From contig CM035359.1 in NCBI GenBank assembly GCA_020137815.1, forward strand, positions 7,192,001 through 7,256,000: a stretch of DNA of 64,000 nt, written 5' to 3'. Of this stretch, positions 37,948-51,547 are shown in pieces; positions within the stretch are counted from its first letter, which is position 1, and every line of letters starts with the position of its first letter. Both the position numbers and the translations under genes were made by a program. Under the pieces are notes generated by a model. That model made no database searches. It was not told the DNA's origin and worked only from the letters and a program-made list of their open reading frames with translations. The DNA comes from Hormiphora californensis (lineage: Eukaryota > Animalia > Ctenophora).

Positions 37948-40430
37948 ATGGATGTGTCAAATAAACCAATGAACGGTGATAACCACACCAACTGGAAGGA
38001 AAATATCCACCAACCTGCAAAGGATCATCGATACAAGACTTCAGTGAGTAGATAGAGCAGAGATAGAGTTGAGAGACTAGAGATACAAGACTTCAGTGAG
38101 TAGATAGAGCAGAGATAGAGTTGAGAGACTAGAGATACAAGACTTCAGTGAGTAGATAGAGCAGAGATAGAGTTGAGAGACTAGAGATACAAGACTTCAG
38201 TGAGTAGATAGAGCAGAGATAGAGTTGAGAGACTAGAGATACAAGACTTCAGTGAGTAGATAGAGCAGAGATAGAGTTGAGAGACTAGAGATACAAGACT
38301 TCAGTGAGTAGATAGAGCAGAGATACTAGTCTTCAGTAAGTTGAGAGAGAATAACACCCTTACCCCGTAACTACGTCAACTATTGCACAGATTTCATTAA
38401 GTTGAATAATCTACATCCGTGACATTGGTTGATAACACTTTCTTTCCAGGATGTCACAGGAACAAAAGGCAATGAATTCGAGGACTTTTGTCTCAACAGA
38501 GATCTACAAATGGGAATCTATGAGAAGGGATATGAGAAGCCATCACCAATCCAGGAAGAAAGCATTCCTATCGCTCTTGCGGGTACGTGTTTAAAATAAT
38601 GGCGGATAATTTAGTGGCTATCATCTCAAGTTGATTTGATATGATTTGATTTGAACAAGGATTAAAAAATTAATTATTTTCTTTCAGGCAGAGATATCCT
38701 AGCTCGTGCAAAGAACGGTACTGGCAAAACTGCCGCTTATCTTATTCCAATTATTGAGCGGGTCAAAATTAATTTGAACGAAATACAAGGTAAATTATGT
38801 CATTGAATTTGATGCATCAATCTAAGCAACATCCCTCGGTCTGTATTGTCTAGTTTCCTATTCAACATCAAATCTCATTCCAGTTCACTGATCCCTCTTC
38901 TCTCCGCAGCACTGGTGATTGTCCCTACTCGAGAGTTAGCTCTCCAAACCTCCCAATTGTGCAAGGAGCTAGGTCGACATCTCAAGGTTCAGGTGATGGT
39001 TAGTACTGGTGGAACCAACCTTCGTGATGACATCCTTCGATTGTACAATCCTGGTAAGATGTGACAGAAGATGGCGGGGGGAGCCGGGGTGCTTAGACAC
39101 AGGTCACAGAAGATGCCAGATGGGGGGGGGGTCTCACAAACAGATGGTAATGTTGTTACCATGTGAAGTTTCCGCGTTAGTCCTGCGGTAGAAATTATTT
39201 ATATGTTGTACTTTGCTTGTGGTATCGTGCAGAGTGTTAATGATGCATGGTCTGGTATTCATGATCGAATCTTCCAGACAGTGCTAGTCCCTCTAATACC
39301 TCCTTATTGTTTTATAATTCTCATCAGATAGATATATCAGATAGATATCAGTTTAAATCATGCATGCCAGTGATCATTACAGAATGTAACGTTTCCAATT
39401 TTAACACAATGTCATTTCTTATTTGATCACTGGCCCTTACTAACATAACAGATAACTCCCCTGCAGTATCACTAGAGTTCTCTCCATTAGGTCACCCCCC
39501 TGTCACGTGACATATATCACGTGATACCCTGCCTGAGGGTGTCTCGTGACATGTATTAGTTCATTCAAATATTCCCGCCATGTTATAGGCCCTCTCTGGG
39601 CTTGTCAATACTCCCTCATTTATACCTTACTCACTGTAAATCAGCGAACCGTTAATTATCGCTTCTAAAATTAAGAATAACATAATTAAGAATAAGTTTT
39701 CTAGCGAAGAATATTAGTGGGAGACACTAGCGTGGTACGCGCAAAAAAATGCGCGCCACACACCTGTTATTTTAGGTATGTGGCGCGCATTTTTTTGCGC
39801 GTACCACGCTAGTGTCTCCCACTATATGACCAAAATTTGGATAAAAAGGCTAAAATACAATCTATACTTGTTTCAAATTGCCATTGAAGCAAAGGGGTCA
39901 ACCAAATCATTTACAACACTGTCACTACGTGCACTCTTCAACGCATCAATGATGCCAGCTGCTCTCCAGCCACTCTCCATGATACGCTTTCCCTTATCAG
40001 AGTGGAAGAAGTTGTAAGATTGTAGAAAAATAAGGAACTCTAAAATTAAGAATAACAAAATTAAGAATATTTTTTGGCCATATTCTTAATTTTAGGTTCG
40101 CTGATTTACAGTGAGTAAGGTAACCGACTCTGTGGCCCTCTATCACCGGTCCGTTGACATTCCATCTTTAGGTCTTGGTCGTTTATGAAAGTGACTGAAT
40201 TCATATGATGCTTGGCAAGTTGATTCACCATGGCTAGCTGACATGCAGTGTGTGGTTCCGACTTACATGTTGTGATCTCTCTCTCTCTCTCTCATCTCCT
40301 CTCCCCTCCTCTATCTCGATCTTTTCCTCCTCGTCTTAACTCCTCTCCTTTTATCTCTCTCTTTCTCTCCTTCTCTCGTCTCTCTCTCCTCTCCTCACCT
40401 CTCTTCTCTTCTCTCCCCTTTCCCTCCCTC

Positions 40431-40465
<35 letters not shown>

Positions 40466-43400
40466 CTCTTGAGGCAACAGCTGGCCTATGATCTAATGTG
40501 CTAAGGGAGTTAGTTTGATTAACTTGTCTATCATCGCGTTGTCCTAATTATTATGTTCCAGCGTTCTACCTACCACTACCTTGTTATCTCTCCCTGTGTC
40601 TAATACCAGTTTCCCACCCTTCCCGCGATTCAGTAACCTAAAAAGGAGTTTTTGCCGCATATATCAGTTAGGCCAAGTTAGGCTTCCCTATTTATATTGC
40701 ATCTGTATCACTCCCCTAGTCATACAATGCTTTCTTTTGTTGATTGCGGTCAGTGTCCTTCTATTGCGATAACGTAGGTGTTTAACATTGTGGTTTTACG
40801 TAGGTATTTATGTTTTAACACCATGTACTAGCATCACTTTTTGAGAGTTACTATCGTTGTTATCTCTTCTTTTTAACATCGTCCACTTCCCAACATGTTG
40901 TAACTTCCTGCTCCCCAGTTCACACTTTTTAACTCCCTAATCCCCCATTCCACATGCTCCCTTCCCAGTCCCCAACATCACCCGGCACCCATTCCCAACA
41001 TGTTGTAACTCCCTAATCCCCCTCAGTTCACGTTGTTGTTGCTACCCCTGGTCGGATCCTCGACCTGATCTGAAAGGAAGGTTGCTGTTGTGAAGAACTG
41101 TACCATGCTCGTTCTGGATGAGGTAAATTCAACATGTCACATGTCACATGTCACATGTGAACTGTACCATGCTTGTTCTGGATGAGGTAAATTCAACATG
41201 TCACTCGACCTCAGTGAGAGGGTTACAGCATGAACACTTACTAACACAAAATGGAGGACTGTTTTATATCATTCTTTCTTTTTATTATTGGGTGGGGGGG
41301 TGCAGCCCAAAAAAAACCAACCATACCCTGGATTTTCAAAAGTGTTGATTTTTTTGGTCGTTTTTGATTTTTTTAATTTTTTTTGATTTTTTTAATTTTT
41401 TTTTGATCGTTTTTTATTTTTTTAAAATTTTTTTGATCGTTTTTTATTTTTTTGATCTTTTTTGATCGTTTTTTATTTTTTTTTGAACTTTTTTGTTCAA
41501 CATTAAATAATTAAAAAAATTTAAAAAAATCAAAAAAATTCAAAAACGATCAAAAAAATTCAAAAAAAATCAAAAACGATCAAAAAAATTCAAAAACGAT
41601 CAAAAAAATTCAAAAAAATCAAAAACGATCAAAAAAATCAAAAAAAATCAAAAACGACCAAAAAAATCAAAAGAAAAGAAAGTTTGAATTTTTTGGGGCT
41701 GCACCCCCCCCCCCCCCCATTACAGTCGGACCCCGATTTACCGGAACCCCGATTTACCGGGAGGATAAAACCTCCCCGAACTAGCGGGTACAATAGGATG
41801 CACCTGTTCATGTGCAGTGTCTTGTTATGTTTGCTTAATCTCTTCTCACTCAGTAACAAACTTAATTCTTAACTCAGCATATCAATTAATTTAGTTTTTG
41901 TATTGCTCACAAATTTTGCACCACAATTATAATCGAGTTTGGGTTTTATACACAACTTTTATTTTTGAGATTGCGCGGATTCACACATTTCCGAAATGGC
42001 GTGGTTTCACTAACTTTTTTTCTGGAGTTGGCTTGAATGCACTAATTCTACACTACTATGTTTGCTTTATTGGTCCACCACACCCTTTCTGGAACCTTTT
42101 TTCCACCAACTTTCAACTCTGAAACTGGTGCCCGGGGCATATAAGATCCCCTGCATCCTAGGGTGACATATTCTTTCAGCGCAGGAACACTAGCTTTGGC
42201 TCTCTTTGGTGAAAAGTTTATCAAATGGACCCCCTCCAATGTGCGTACTCGTGAAAGGCAAACATATGTTTGCCCAGCTGTGAAAACCCGACTACCTAGA
42301 TCAGTCAATACAGTATCCAATGACAACCCCTGTGACTTGTGTATGGTAATGGCATATGATAGTGTTATGGGGAACTGTGATCGGAAGAAGAAGCCTCCTG
42401 AGAATATCATGATTTCTCTGCGATCACGTGCTACAACTTGTGGTTCTTTTACATTATCAAACTTGATTTTTAGTGATTCTGCAATTTTTGATGGGCTATA
42501 GGTGATTCCAACAATATCTCCCATACTACCGTTAACAAGTCCATTGGTGACGTCCAAATTTCTCCGCAACATGACCCTAACCCCAATTCCCAGATGCAGA
42601 ACTTTTTCAAGAGCCCCCGTGTTTCGACTATCATCCAGCTTGTCTAACTTCTGGATTCCCTCTTTAATACGCTTTGACTTTGAAGGGGCACAAGGTTGAA
42701 TCTCATCAATAGCTTCGATGACGACTGTCTCAGGACACGTTTGCTGTAACATTGCTTCGTTAAACTCATTGACCATTGCTCTTGCTGGTAGTAAGCATAC
42801 GGCCCTGTTATCAGTCTTGGTGAGATTTATGAAGTAGTTAATGATCCGTTCTTTTGCTTTTTTGTTGTCCCCATCATCGTCAAGTTTGATCATCCTCGAA
42901 TTCAATAACTTGATGTCACCCGATGTCAGTCCGCCCACTCTCAGCCTGCTTAGAAGATCTTTCCAGTTAGATCCATCAGACTTCTGTCGCTGATTGATGG
43001 TCAATTCAACGAAACTAAACAGTCTCCACAAGTTCTGTGTGAAAGGTACCCCTCCCGTTAGCTTTTTAACCTGTTCTCCTGTGACATCTACGAATGGATA
43101 GGCAGCTAGCACCGGTTTCAATTGTAAGAGATCACCAAATAGAATTATACACCTGCCCCCAAATGGTTTGTTTCCACCTTCCCGCCCCTTAAAGATCTCA
43201 CTCAATCTCAAACTTATGTAAAATAGAAGGATGTTAGAAACCATGCTGACTTCATCAATAACCACACACTTTAAATCGGACATGGCCTGCCTTACCCGAT
43301 GCAGTTTATCACTCTTGTAAGAGGAGTATTTAGGCGTGCAACCATGTTCCACAGGAATGTTTAGAATAGCATGTATGGTCTGTGCAAGAATGTTCAATGC

Positions 43401-46400
43401 AGCTACCCCGGTTGGTGCCATCAAAAGAAGTCCAGCCTTCTGCTTTAGAACCTCCCTCTGCACATAGCAGAACCCTGTTATTGCAGCGATCAAGTATGAC
43501 TTCCCTGTTCCTCCGAATCCTGAGACGTACAGTAGGAGCTGGGGTTCACAATCCTTCTTTTTGCACGTCCCATTCTCGTGCTCTATCATGTGCAAAATTG
43601 AGCTGGTCACTTGATTATAAGCATCCAGCTGCTCTACATTGAGGGTTGCCACATAATCGTCTAGTTCTTTCTGGGTTTTAATGGTACTCATTCCTGCGAT
43701 GTAGTCATTTAGAGCATCATCACCTCCATCCTGGACTCCATCCTGGTCTTGTTCCTGGTCAGCATCGGCACTTCCATCTTCCTTGCTTCCGTCTTCTTCA
43801 GCCTTTACCGCTGTGTCTACCTTTTCCTTCATTTCTTCTCGGACCTTCTCAATATCTAATCGACGCTGTGAGTACTCTCTAAGATCATTGAATTTTGGAT
43901 CAAGATCGTCAATGCACCTCAGGAACTCCTGCTGGAAGGTTTTACTATTCCCTAGTATGCCTGCTTCAGTTCTCCAGGGTTTATACAAGCATAACATAGA
44001 ATAGTAAAAAAGTTCTGGGCTCGTTTTGACATTGTAATTGTGGTGGTAAATTACAGGCTCACGAGATCTGATTTTGAGACGCCCTATTACTTTCCCGTTG
44101 TGCTTAACTGCAAACCCGGCTTTACCATAACAACGTTCGTATTTGGACGTAAATCTAAAAAGATTCAAACTATCTGCATCGATTCCTCGTTTGGGGTAAA
44201 AATCATGAACAATATCTCTATAGAACAACTCGTTAGAGCCCGTATCCTTTTCTAAGTCTGCTAGTTTCTTTATTGTTCTATTCCGTTGTTCTGGAACTGT
44301 CGTGGGAACCCACATGTAGTTTTCGGAAGAAGTCCATAAATCTCCACCTTTTAGGAACATCAGGTCACATGCTTCATTAGCCCCTATTTCCCGCTGCTTC
44401 ATGAAGGAGAACGCAAACTTGAGGTATCTTTGAAAAATGGAGCCTTCCTGTAGAGCAAGATTAGAAAAATCGCAGCTAAGATTGCTTGTTTCCTCTTTCA
44501 AAATGTACTTGCAGATGTATTCACAGACCGAAAAAGAATTCTCTGCTACAAACTGGATGTCCATATTACCACCCCAATTAAACAGAAGAGCCGGGTTGTA
44601 GGAATTGATGTTAACCTCTTCCCTGTTACGTACCAGGTCATATAACCGTTTCTTGAATTTCCGAGTGAACCTGCCGACCAAAGATGACATTACATCACGA
44701 AGGACAAGACTCTGAGAGATAGGCTGAGGAAACCCAAACCTACAGGCACAAACGAAACGCTTTTGTGATTTCACAGTTCGTAAGCAGTATTTGCGGCATA
44801 AGTGTGTCTGAAACTGAGTGACGATTTTGTGAAGTGTGGGTTCAAGGATTTTGTCAGGCATTCTGCATGTGATGTGTTCTTGAAGAAATGATGCTACTTC
44901 TGCGTCGCTAGCCTGCCCGATTATAGGTGCACCTTCTATCCAGAACAAACAATGAAAGTGAACAGTGCCACGACTCTGATATTCGTATCTAACGAAGTGG
45001 GACTTGACTTTTCCTAAAGGCTTTGCATCTCCGGTAATGAACTCTAACAATGCTTTAAACTTATTATGAATATAAATGGATGTAAGGGCGGGCTCTTTAA
45101 TCAGCAATTCACTATCACTTAATGCATCTACGCCAGGCAAGTCCTTGTTTAAGTCTCGTAACATACTAATTAATTCGGGCCAGGCATACTCGGCAGGACT
45201 AAATGTGGCGAAGAATGTGGGTGGACCGTGCTTTTCTGTTTGTGCTTTCAGTTTCTGTTTAACACTGCCCCAATACTGCTTAGTACCAGGAATATCACGA
45301 AGACAGGCGGAGATTCTCCTAGTGATGCTCTCATCGTTGCTTTTTATCATTTTTAGAAGCTCCCCAGCATTCAGCTTTTCCAGACCTGATACGTTTCTCA
45401 ATGCTCCGTAAACACTTTGGGTGATCTTTCGTCTCATCTGGACCCCGGCCAAGTAAAACAAGTACTGGGATGAATGTCTGAAGCGAGCATCCCCTGACAA
45501 CAGCCGTGTCTTGCTGTACTGAATAGGATTGCATTTCAATTCAGTTGGCCGAGTATCAAGAAGACTTCCTTCCCCATAGCTGAACAGCTCGGGGAACGAG
45601 AGCAGCTCAATCAGCTCGTCGTTTGGACTCGTTGGTGTTGAATCAACCTTCAATAGCTCGTATAGGTCGTCCAAGCTTCCGTCTAAAATGGCATCTAGAT
45701 TGGTGAACGACATTTCCTCCATCCTGTTTTTAAAGTCATCAGATGATATCTTTTGAATTAGCTTTTTGATTTTTTCTGCATCTAAGTTTTCCTCAGTCAC
45801 ATCTTCTTCGTCATCATCCAAGCTAGAAAAGTCCGAAATAGAGCCTGTTTGATCTTCACCTTGGGTATTTGCTTTGACAGAATTATCTTGATCTTTTGGA
45901 GGAGCAGAAGGGACAATGGGTGGAGCTGGTGAGACTGTTGGATTTACATGTGAGGGTTTAGTTTCTTTCTTGGTTCCTTTGTTACTACCTCCGATCATCT
46001 TTTCTGAAGACTCAATGACCTCTACAGTTCGTCGTTTTGAAAAACTGCAAATGAAGCACAAGTTGGCCGACTTACTCCTGCTTTCTAAGTCAACATAATC
46101 CTGAAGTAGTACACGTAGAGTCTCGCTGTCAATCTGTGATAACGGGAAGATCCCCCCTTTAAGTAGTAGCTCGTATTGCTGGCAAAGAATTTTCATTGCT
46201 GGACGACAGCTGTCTCTGCAGAACTCTAGTTTTAGAACAGATTCTAAAATATAGCATATTTGGTTCAGCAGATAGATGTTTGTATTTGAAACATCAGGAT
46301 TACCCTTGGTAATTACAACCGACTCCATAACACTCTGTAGTTTTTCGACAGACTGGGAAGTCAATGAGGTGTCAAGTGGTATAACCCAGGGTCGAGGTAT

Positions 46401-48519
46401 GATTGAATACTTAATGATATTTGTGCTGTCAACATTTTTATCGCATTTAACACATTGGCTACTAAAGTGTACCTTTCTCGCTTTAGCAGTCAGTACTTTA
46501 GAAGTTATGCTGTTTACCTTTTCTAATCTATTAACTATCTTACGAATACTTGAAGTGAATGGTGACAGAGCCTTGCCCTCGTGAGCCTTGAACTCGTAAC
46601 GCTCGTGACATGATCTACACAAAAGTCTATTGGTACTCAATGTATCTAAGATATGAAAATACAATTTTCTAGAGTTCGTGAGTTCAGTATACACTCTACT
46701 ATTTTTATCTATTGATATTTCTTTTGTACTCGTTGCTTTCTTCACGGTTATCTTCGTTTGGCAAATAGTACAAAGAAATTTAATGTCGATTGGGCCAGTA
46801 TGGTATGAATGTAGAGTGTGAAACCTTTCTATCATCCCTTGTTGAGAATACAGTGATGGTCCAACCCGTACTAAATGTAACCGCTTGACCATTAACTGAT
46901 GCTTGCAACCCTTGCATACATTATCCTGAGATTCTACCCGTCTGTACATCTCCAATAATATCCGCCCAATCATGTCTTTATTATTTTCCCCCACACTTCC
47001 CCCTGTCATCCGAATATCATCACCATCACTATTACCTGAAGCATCGATTTGGGATACTGTAGTCATGTGAGAATGAGTGGGACTATCGGTTTCCATATAA
47101 GTGTCAAGTGTGATATGAGAGGCTAATTCATCAGGCCCGGATACGTCTGGTTCTTTTCTGGTACTCTGGCTCATTGTTTGCCCCAGCTGCGATACTATAG
47201 TGAGTCTGCTATTATCAGTATTGGTAGGAGTCTGACTCAATGAGTCCAGAGTAACCAGACTAGGATAAACATTATCACATTGATCAGTATTGGTAGGAGT
47301 CTGACTCAATGAGTCCAGAGTAACCAGACTAGGATAAACATTATCACATTGATCAGCTCTAGTTCTAATGTTCGATACTACAGTTAGCTGGCTACTATCA
47401 GGAATTGAATTATCATTGTCTACAGAATTAGAGCTATCATTGTCACTATAAGTAGAGCTATCATAATCAGACTTATAACTGTCCAATGTGACCATGCTTG
47501 TATCCATTTTGACCGGTTTTGATAAATTACCTCTCGTTTGAATTTCCGATATCACTGAATATTCGCTATCGCAAGATTCATTAGAAAGGTAATCAACAGT
47601 TTTTAAGCTACCCGGTGTGTCACCCATATAGTCATACATTGGTAAATCCCATACCGAGTCGCCTGGCTGATCGTTTGAGTCAGCTGGACAACTACGATCT
47701 GGTGACGCTGCTCCCAAGTTAGCTAGAAAATCAATTACATCTTGGTCCGGCTCAACATCAATACTGTCATTTTTAGAGTCATTTTCATCACTTTCACCAA
47801 TATCAAATTTTGGTAATATGTCATTGGGGTCTGGAGGCAGCGTCACATTTGCATACTTAGGATTGTGCTCAATAAGCCACTGGAGTGCTCTGTATACCCG
47901 ATCAACATTGACAAGTTGATTCCATACCATTTTACTTTTATTCGGTACACCTAAGACTTGAATTAGTTTATCAGCTTTAGCAGGATCAATCAACCCCCCA
48001 TTGCGAGCAGCCTCTATTTCCTTGATAGTATCCTCTAGAGGCATGGGAATATGAATGCAACTACCCACCATTGCCCTCATCTTTTCACTTCTCTTGAGAT
48101 GACCCCCCATCGGACCTAACACAACAGTAGTCTGGAACATGTTCACTTGTCTAAGAAGGATCATCTCAAATACATTGAGTTCGCTAAGCTCTTTAGGCAT
48201 CGTTCCTGTATCTAATAAATTCATTATAGATGTTCGTGGCATTTCCCCAGCATTAAACTTATTATGACAATACTGACACAGTACTTTGCCAATGAGTGTG
48301 TCAGTGACTGTATTTCCCTTTTCTAAGTGAGCAGAACTGTTGAGATATTGATACAGCTTGTGATACATTGTACCTTCCTGCTTAACTTTCTTCATCCGGG
48401 AGCTAATCACTTTCTCCTCATCCTCCCGAACTAGAACGTTACAGCTGATACAACTTCTCTTGTACACGCTCATAACCTGGAGGTGATTTAAATGTTTACA
48501 AAACAAGAGAGAGAAAGAA

Positions 48520-48576
<57 letters not shown>

Positions 48577-51455
48577 AGAGAAAGTGTGTGTGTGATCGAG
48601 AGAGACAAGGATTTTACTTACTTTTCCGTTAAAGACATCCAAGAAATTTCCGAATTTCTCCTGCATTGTTTCTTCAGTGATGGGCCCCTCATTCCGCTGA
48701 GCATCAAACGTCTGGGGAGGTGATGCGACTGTGTACTGCATCAGCTTCAGAATGTACTGTAGGTCTCCAAGTGCACACGCAGTATCCAGATCGGTTAGTA
48801 TATTGTCGGTTTTTTTAAGGTCTGCAATGAACCGATATACCTGGGGATTTTTGTATTATATCTCAGCATTGCGATATTTGTAACCCGGTGTCAATCATGC
48901 TGATCCTATCGGTCATAAAGGATTCAGTGTATGAAATGTATTAGAATCTTGACAAACATTAGTAACTAACCTTCCTGGCATCCCGATAGTGAACCGCTAG
49001 ATTTTGGATCATCACATAACCACTTCCACATGCAGTTATGGGGTCATGACACCTTTCTGGGTGGTTGCGTTTGGTGGCAGTCATCGTGTACAGGTCTTTC
49101 AGTGGTGAAATCGCCTCATCGTGTCTGCATTTAGTTAGATCATGGATAAATCTTCTCCCTTTCTTGTAATCCTCTAAATTTTCCACCTCCTTCAAAAACT
49201 CGACGAACTGTTTAATCTGCTCCGTTGTTGCACCTACAAAAAGCAATCATTATCATTATCCCATTACGTTTGTTAAGTTACTTAAATTGTTACTTAAATT
49301 GTTAAATTGTTAAGTTACTTAAATTGATTGTTAGGTTGTACCAGGTACTTAATAAGTACCTGGTACAACCTACCAATCAATTATTACATAACATCAGGCA
49401 GCAGCCGTAGTTAAGTGAAAGTTACCTATGCAATTGTCATCACATAACTTTTCAGCATCTGTTCCTGAGTAACCAGTAGCGTCCTTGAAACTGAATTTAG
49501 GAAAGTATGCCTCTGTTCCCTTTGCATGACAAGGAAGCCCAAGTACCTCTTCTCCCACCTAAAAATAGTATTAATTGTTATGGTACTGACTTGGCGTATG
49601 CACAACATTAAAATGAACAAAAATGGTATTGTAATGAACAAATTTCAAACCTGTTTATCCTTTGAAAGTTTATATCTTGCCACTATTTCTTCACAGGTTC
49701 CTTTCAACCGTAAAACAGCCACAGCTATACATCTAACCAGTCCGTCCCTCTGCTGAATTACTTTTGCAGTCAGGTGATTTGTTATGATCTGAAATAAGAA
49801 GTATGTTAGTGTAGTAGCTTTGGTCTGTCGAGTTAAATTGCATAAAATTTATCCCGGAACTTCAAAAATGCAGATAAGACTTTCTGCAATCAGCTGTCTC
49901 AAATATACTCATGTGTACTGTGTAGCATACATCAAATAATCAATATAAGTATTTGCATGTGAGAGTACCTGTTTCAATCGTAGAATACTGTGAGCTTGTT
50001 CTGCACCGGGAGAGACCAACTTGTATAATTTTTTAACCTGACCACGTGGTATCTTATCAAGCCTTCTCCTGAAGATAGATATATACACTTGATTACAATT
50101 ATACTAATTTACAAAGCGGAAAAGGTCTATAATTGCTGGCCACAGTTAAAAAGCATGTATGATAAACTGTGTGTGATAAACTGTGTGTGATATACTGTGT
50201 GTGATAAACTGTGTGTGATAATTAACTGTGTGTGATAAACTGTGTGTGATAATTAACTCTGTGTGATAATTAACTGTGTGTCTTACCTTTATGTTGACGT
50301 TTAAACTGCGGCATAGCCGCAGTTTAAACGTCAACATAAAGGTAAGACACACAATCTTACAATCTTACAAACCTGATTATATCTGTGAGGTTGAACTTGT
50401 AGTTGAGTTCGTTTCTACTCCTCATGTGTGCCGATCCTTTGAATATTCCTTTTGCTCTGTCAATTAAACTTTTGAATCGGTGTGACCTGACCAGCCGTGG
50501 ATAGTATACCGTCCTCCTATCTTTGAGAATAATCTCCTTATACTTGTTGAATGCAGTCGAGACATCTTCACTGCTGGTATGATTTCTTATTGTTTTTAAG
50601 GCATCTTTATTCTTTACATCAATCTTTAACGACTCCGAATCCAATGATAATGCCGAGACATCTCCATCTTGAGTGAAAAACCTTTTGTACGGCTGAAGAC
50701 GACGCCGTTTCCGCTTGAGATAGGCCAACTTATCTTTGTTTTGTTGTTTCTTCTCCCACACACGCTTTTTTAAAGCCAGCTGTCGCTTAATACTATCATC
50801 TTGTCTGTATTTTTTGTCCGCGATAGCTTGAGACTGGATCCCTGCAGCTGTTTTGTCGTATTTTTTGTCCGCGATAGCTTGAGCTAGCTTACCCTCAGCT
50901 GTCTGTGCACGTTTTTTGTTAGCTGACGCTTGAGACTGGATCCCCGCAGTTGTCTGAGAATAGCGTTTCTTGCATAGCTTAGTTGTTTCAGCTCCTACTT
51001 CATTATTCTTATATCTTTTGTTTCTCGCGGCCTTTAACTCTTTTGCTGTAGGGAGTTTAGACTAAATTAGAGGTAATCATAATTCTCATGAAACTGATCA
51101 GAAACTGATCAATAACTGACCAGAGTTATCAGTTAATATGACGGAACATCATCTTTTAAAAACCAATCAACGTTCTCGTGAATCTAAGTTTAAAGTGGTC
51201 CATAACAAATGAATAAATACATAGGCATTTATGCTTACCCCTTTTTTCCTGGTTCGTTAAACTCTCCTGTGTTGCCGTGTCGCTTTGGACATCCAAATTG
51301 GCACTAATAGGACTGCTAGTGCGGACAACATCCGTATCATCATCTTCAATTGTAGATGCAAACGTGATGGCTGCTTTAGCTTTTTTAAATTTCCTTCCAA
51401 TACTCTTTGGCCTCTTTCTCTTTTTAGCCTGCGAGCAGATGAACAAAGTGTTAAT

Positions 51456-51547
<92 letters not shown>

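Noticed and set aside
42048-48608. RepHel as a single-exon gene or cellular PIF1
   Set aside because: ORF start lies in a (CT)n intron and HUH Rep motifs identify a Helitron
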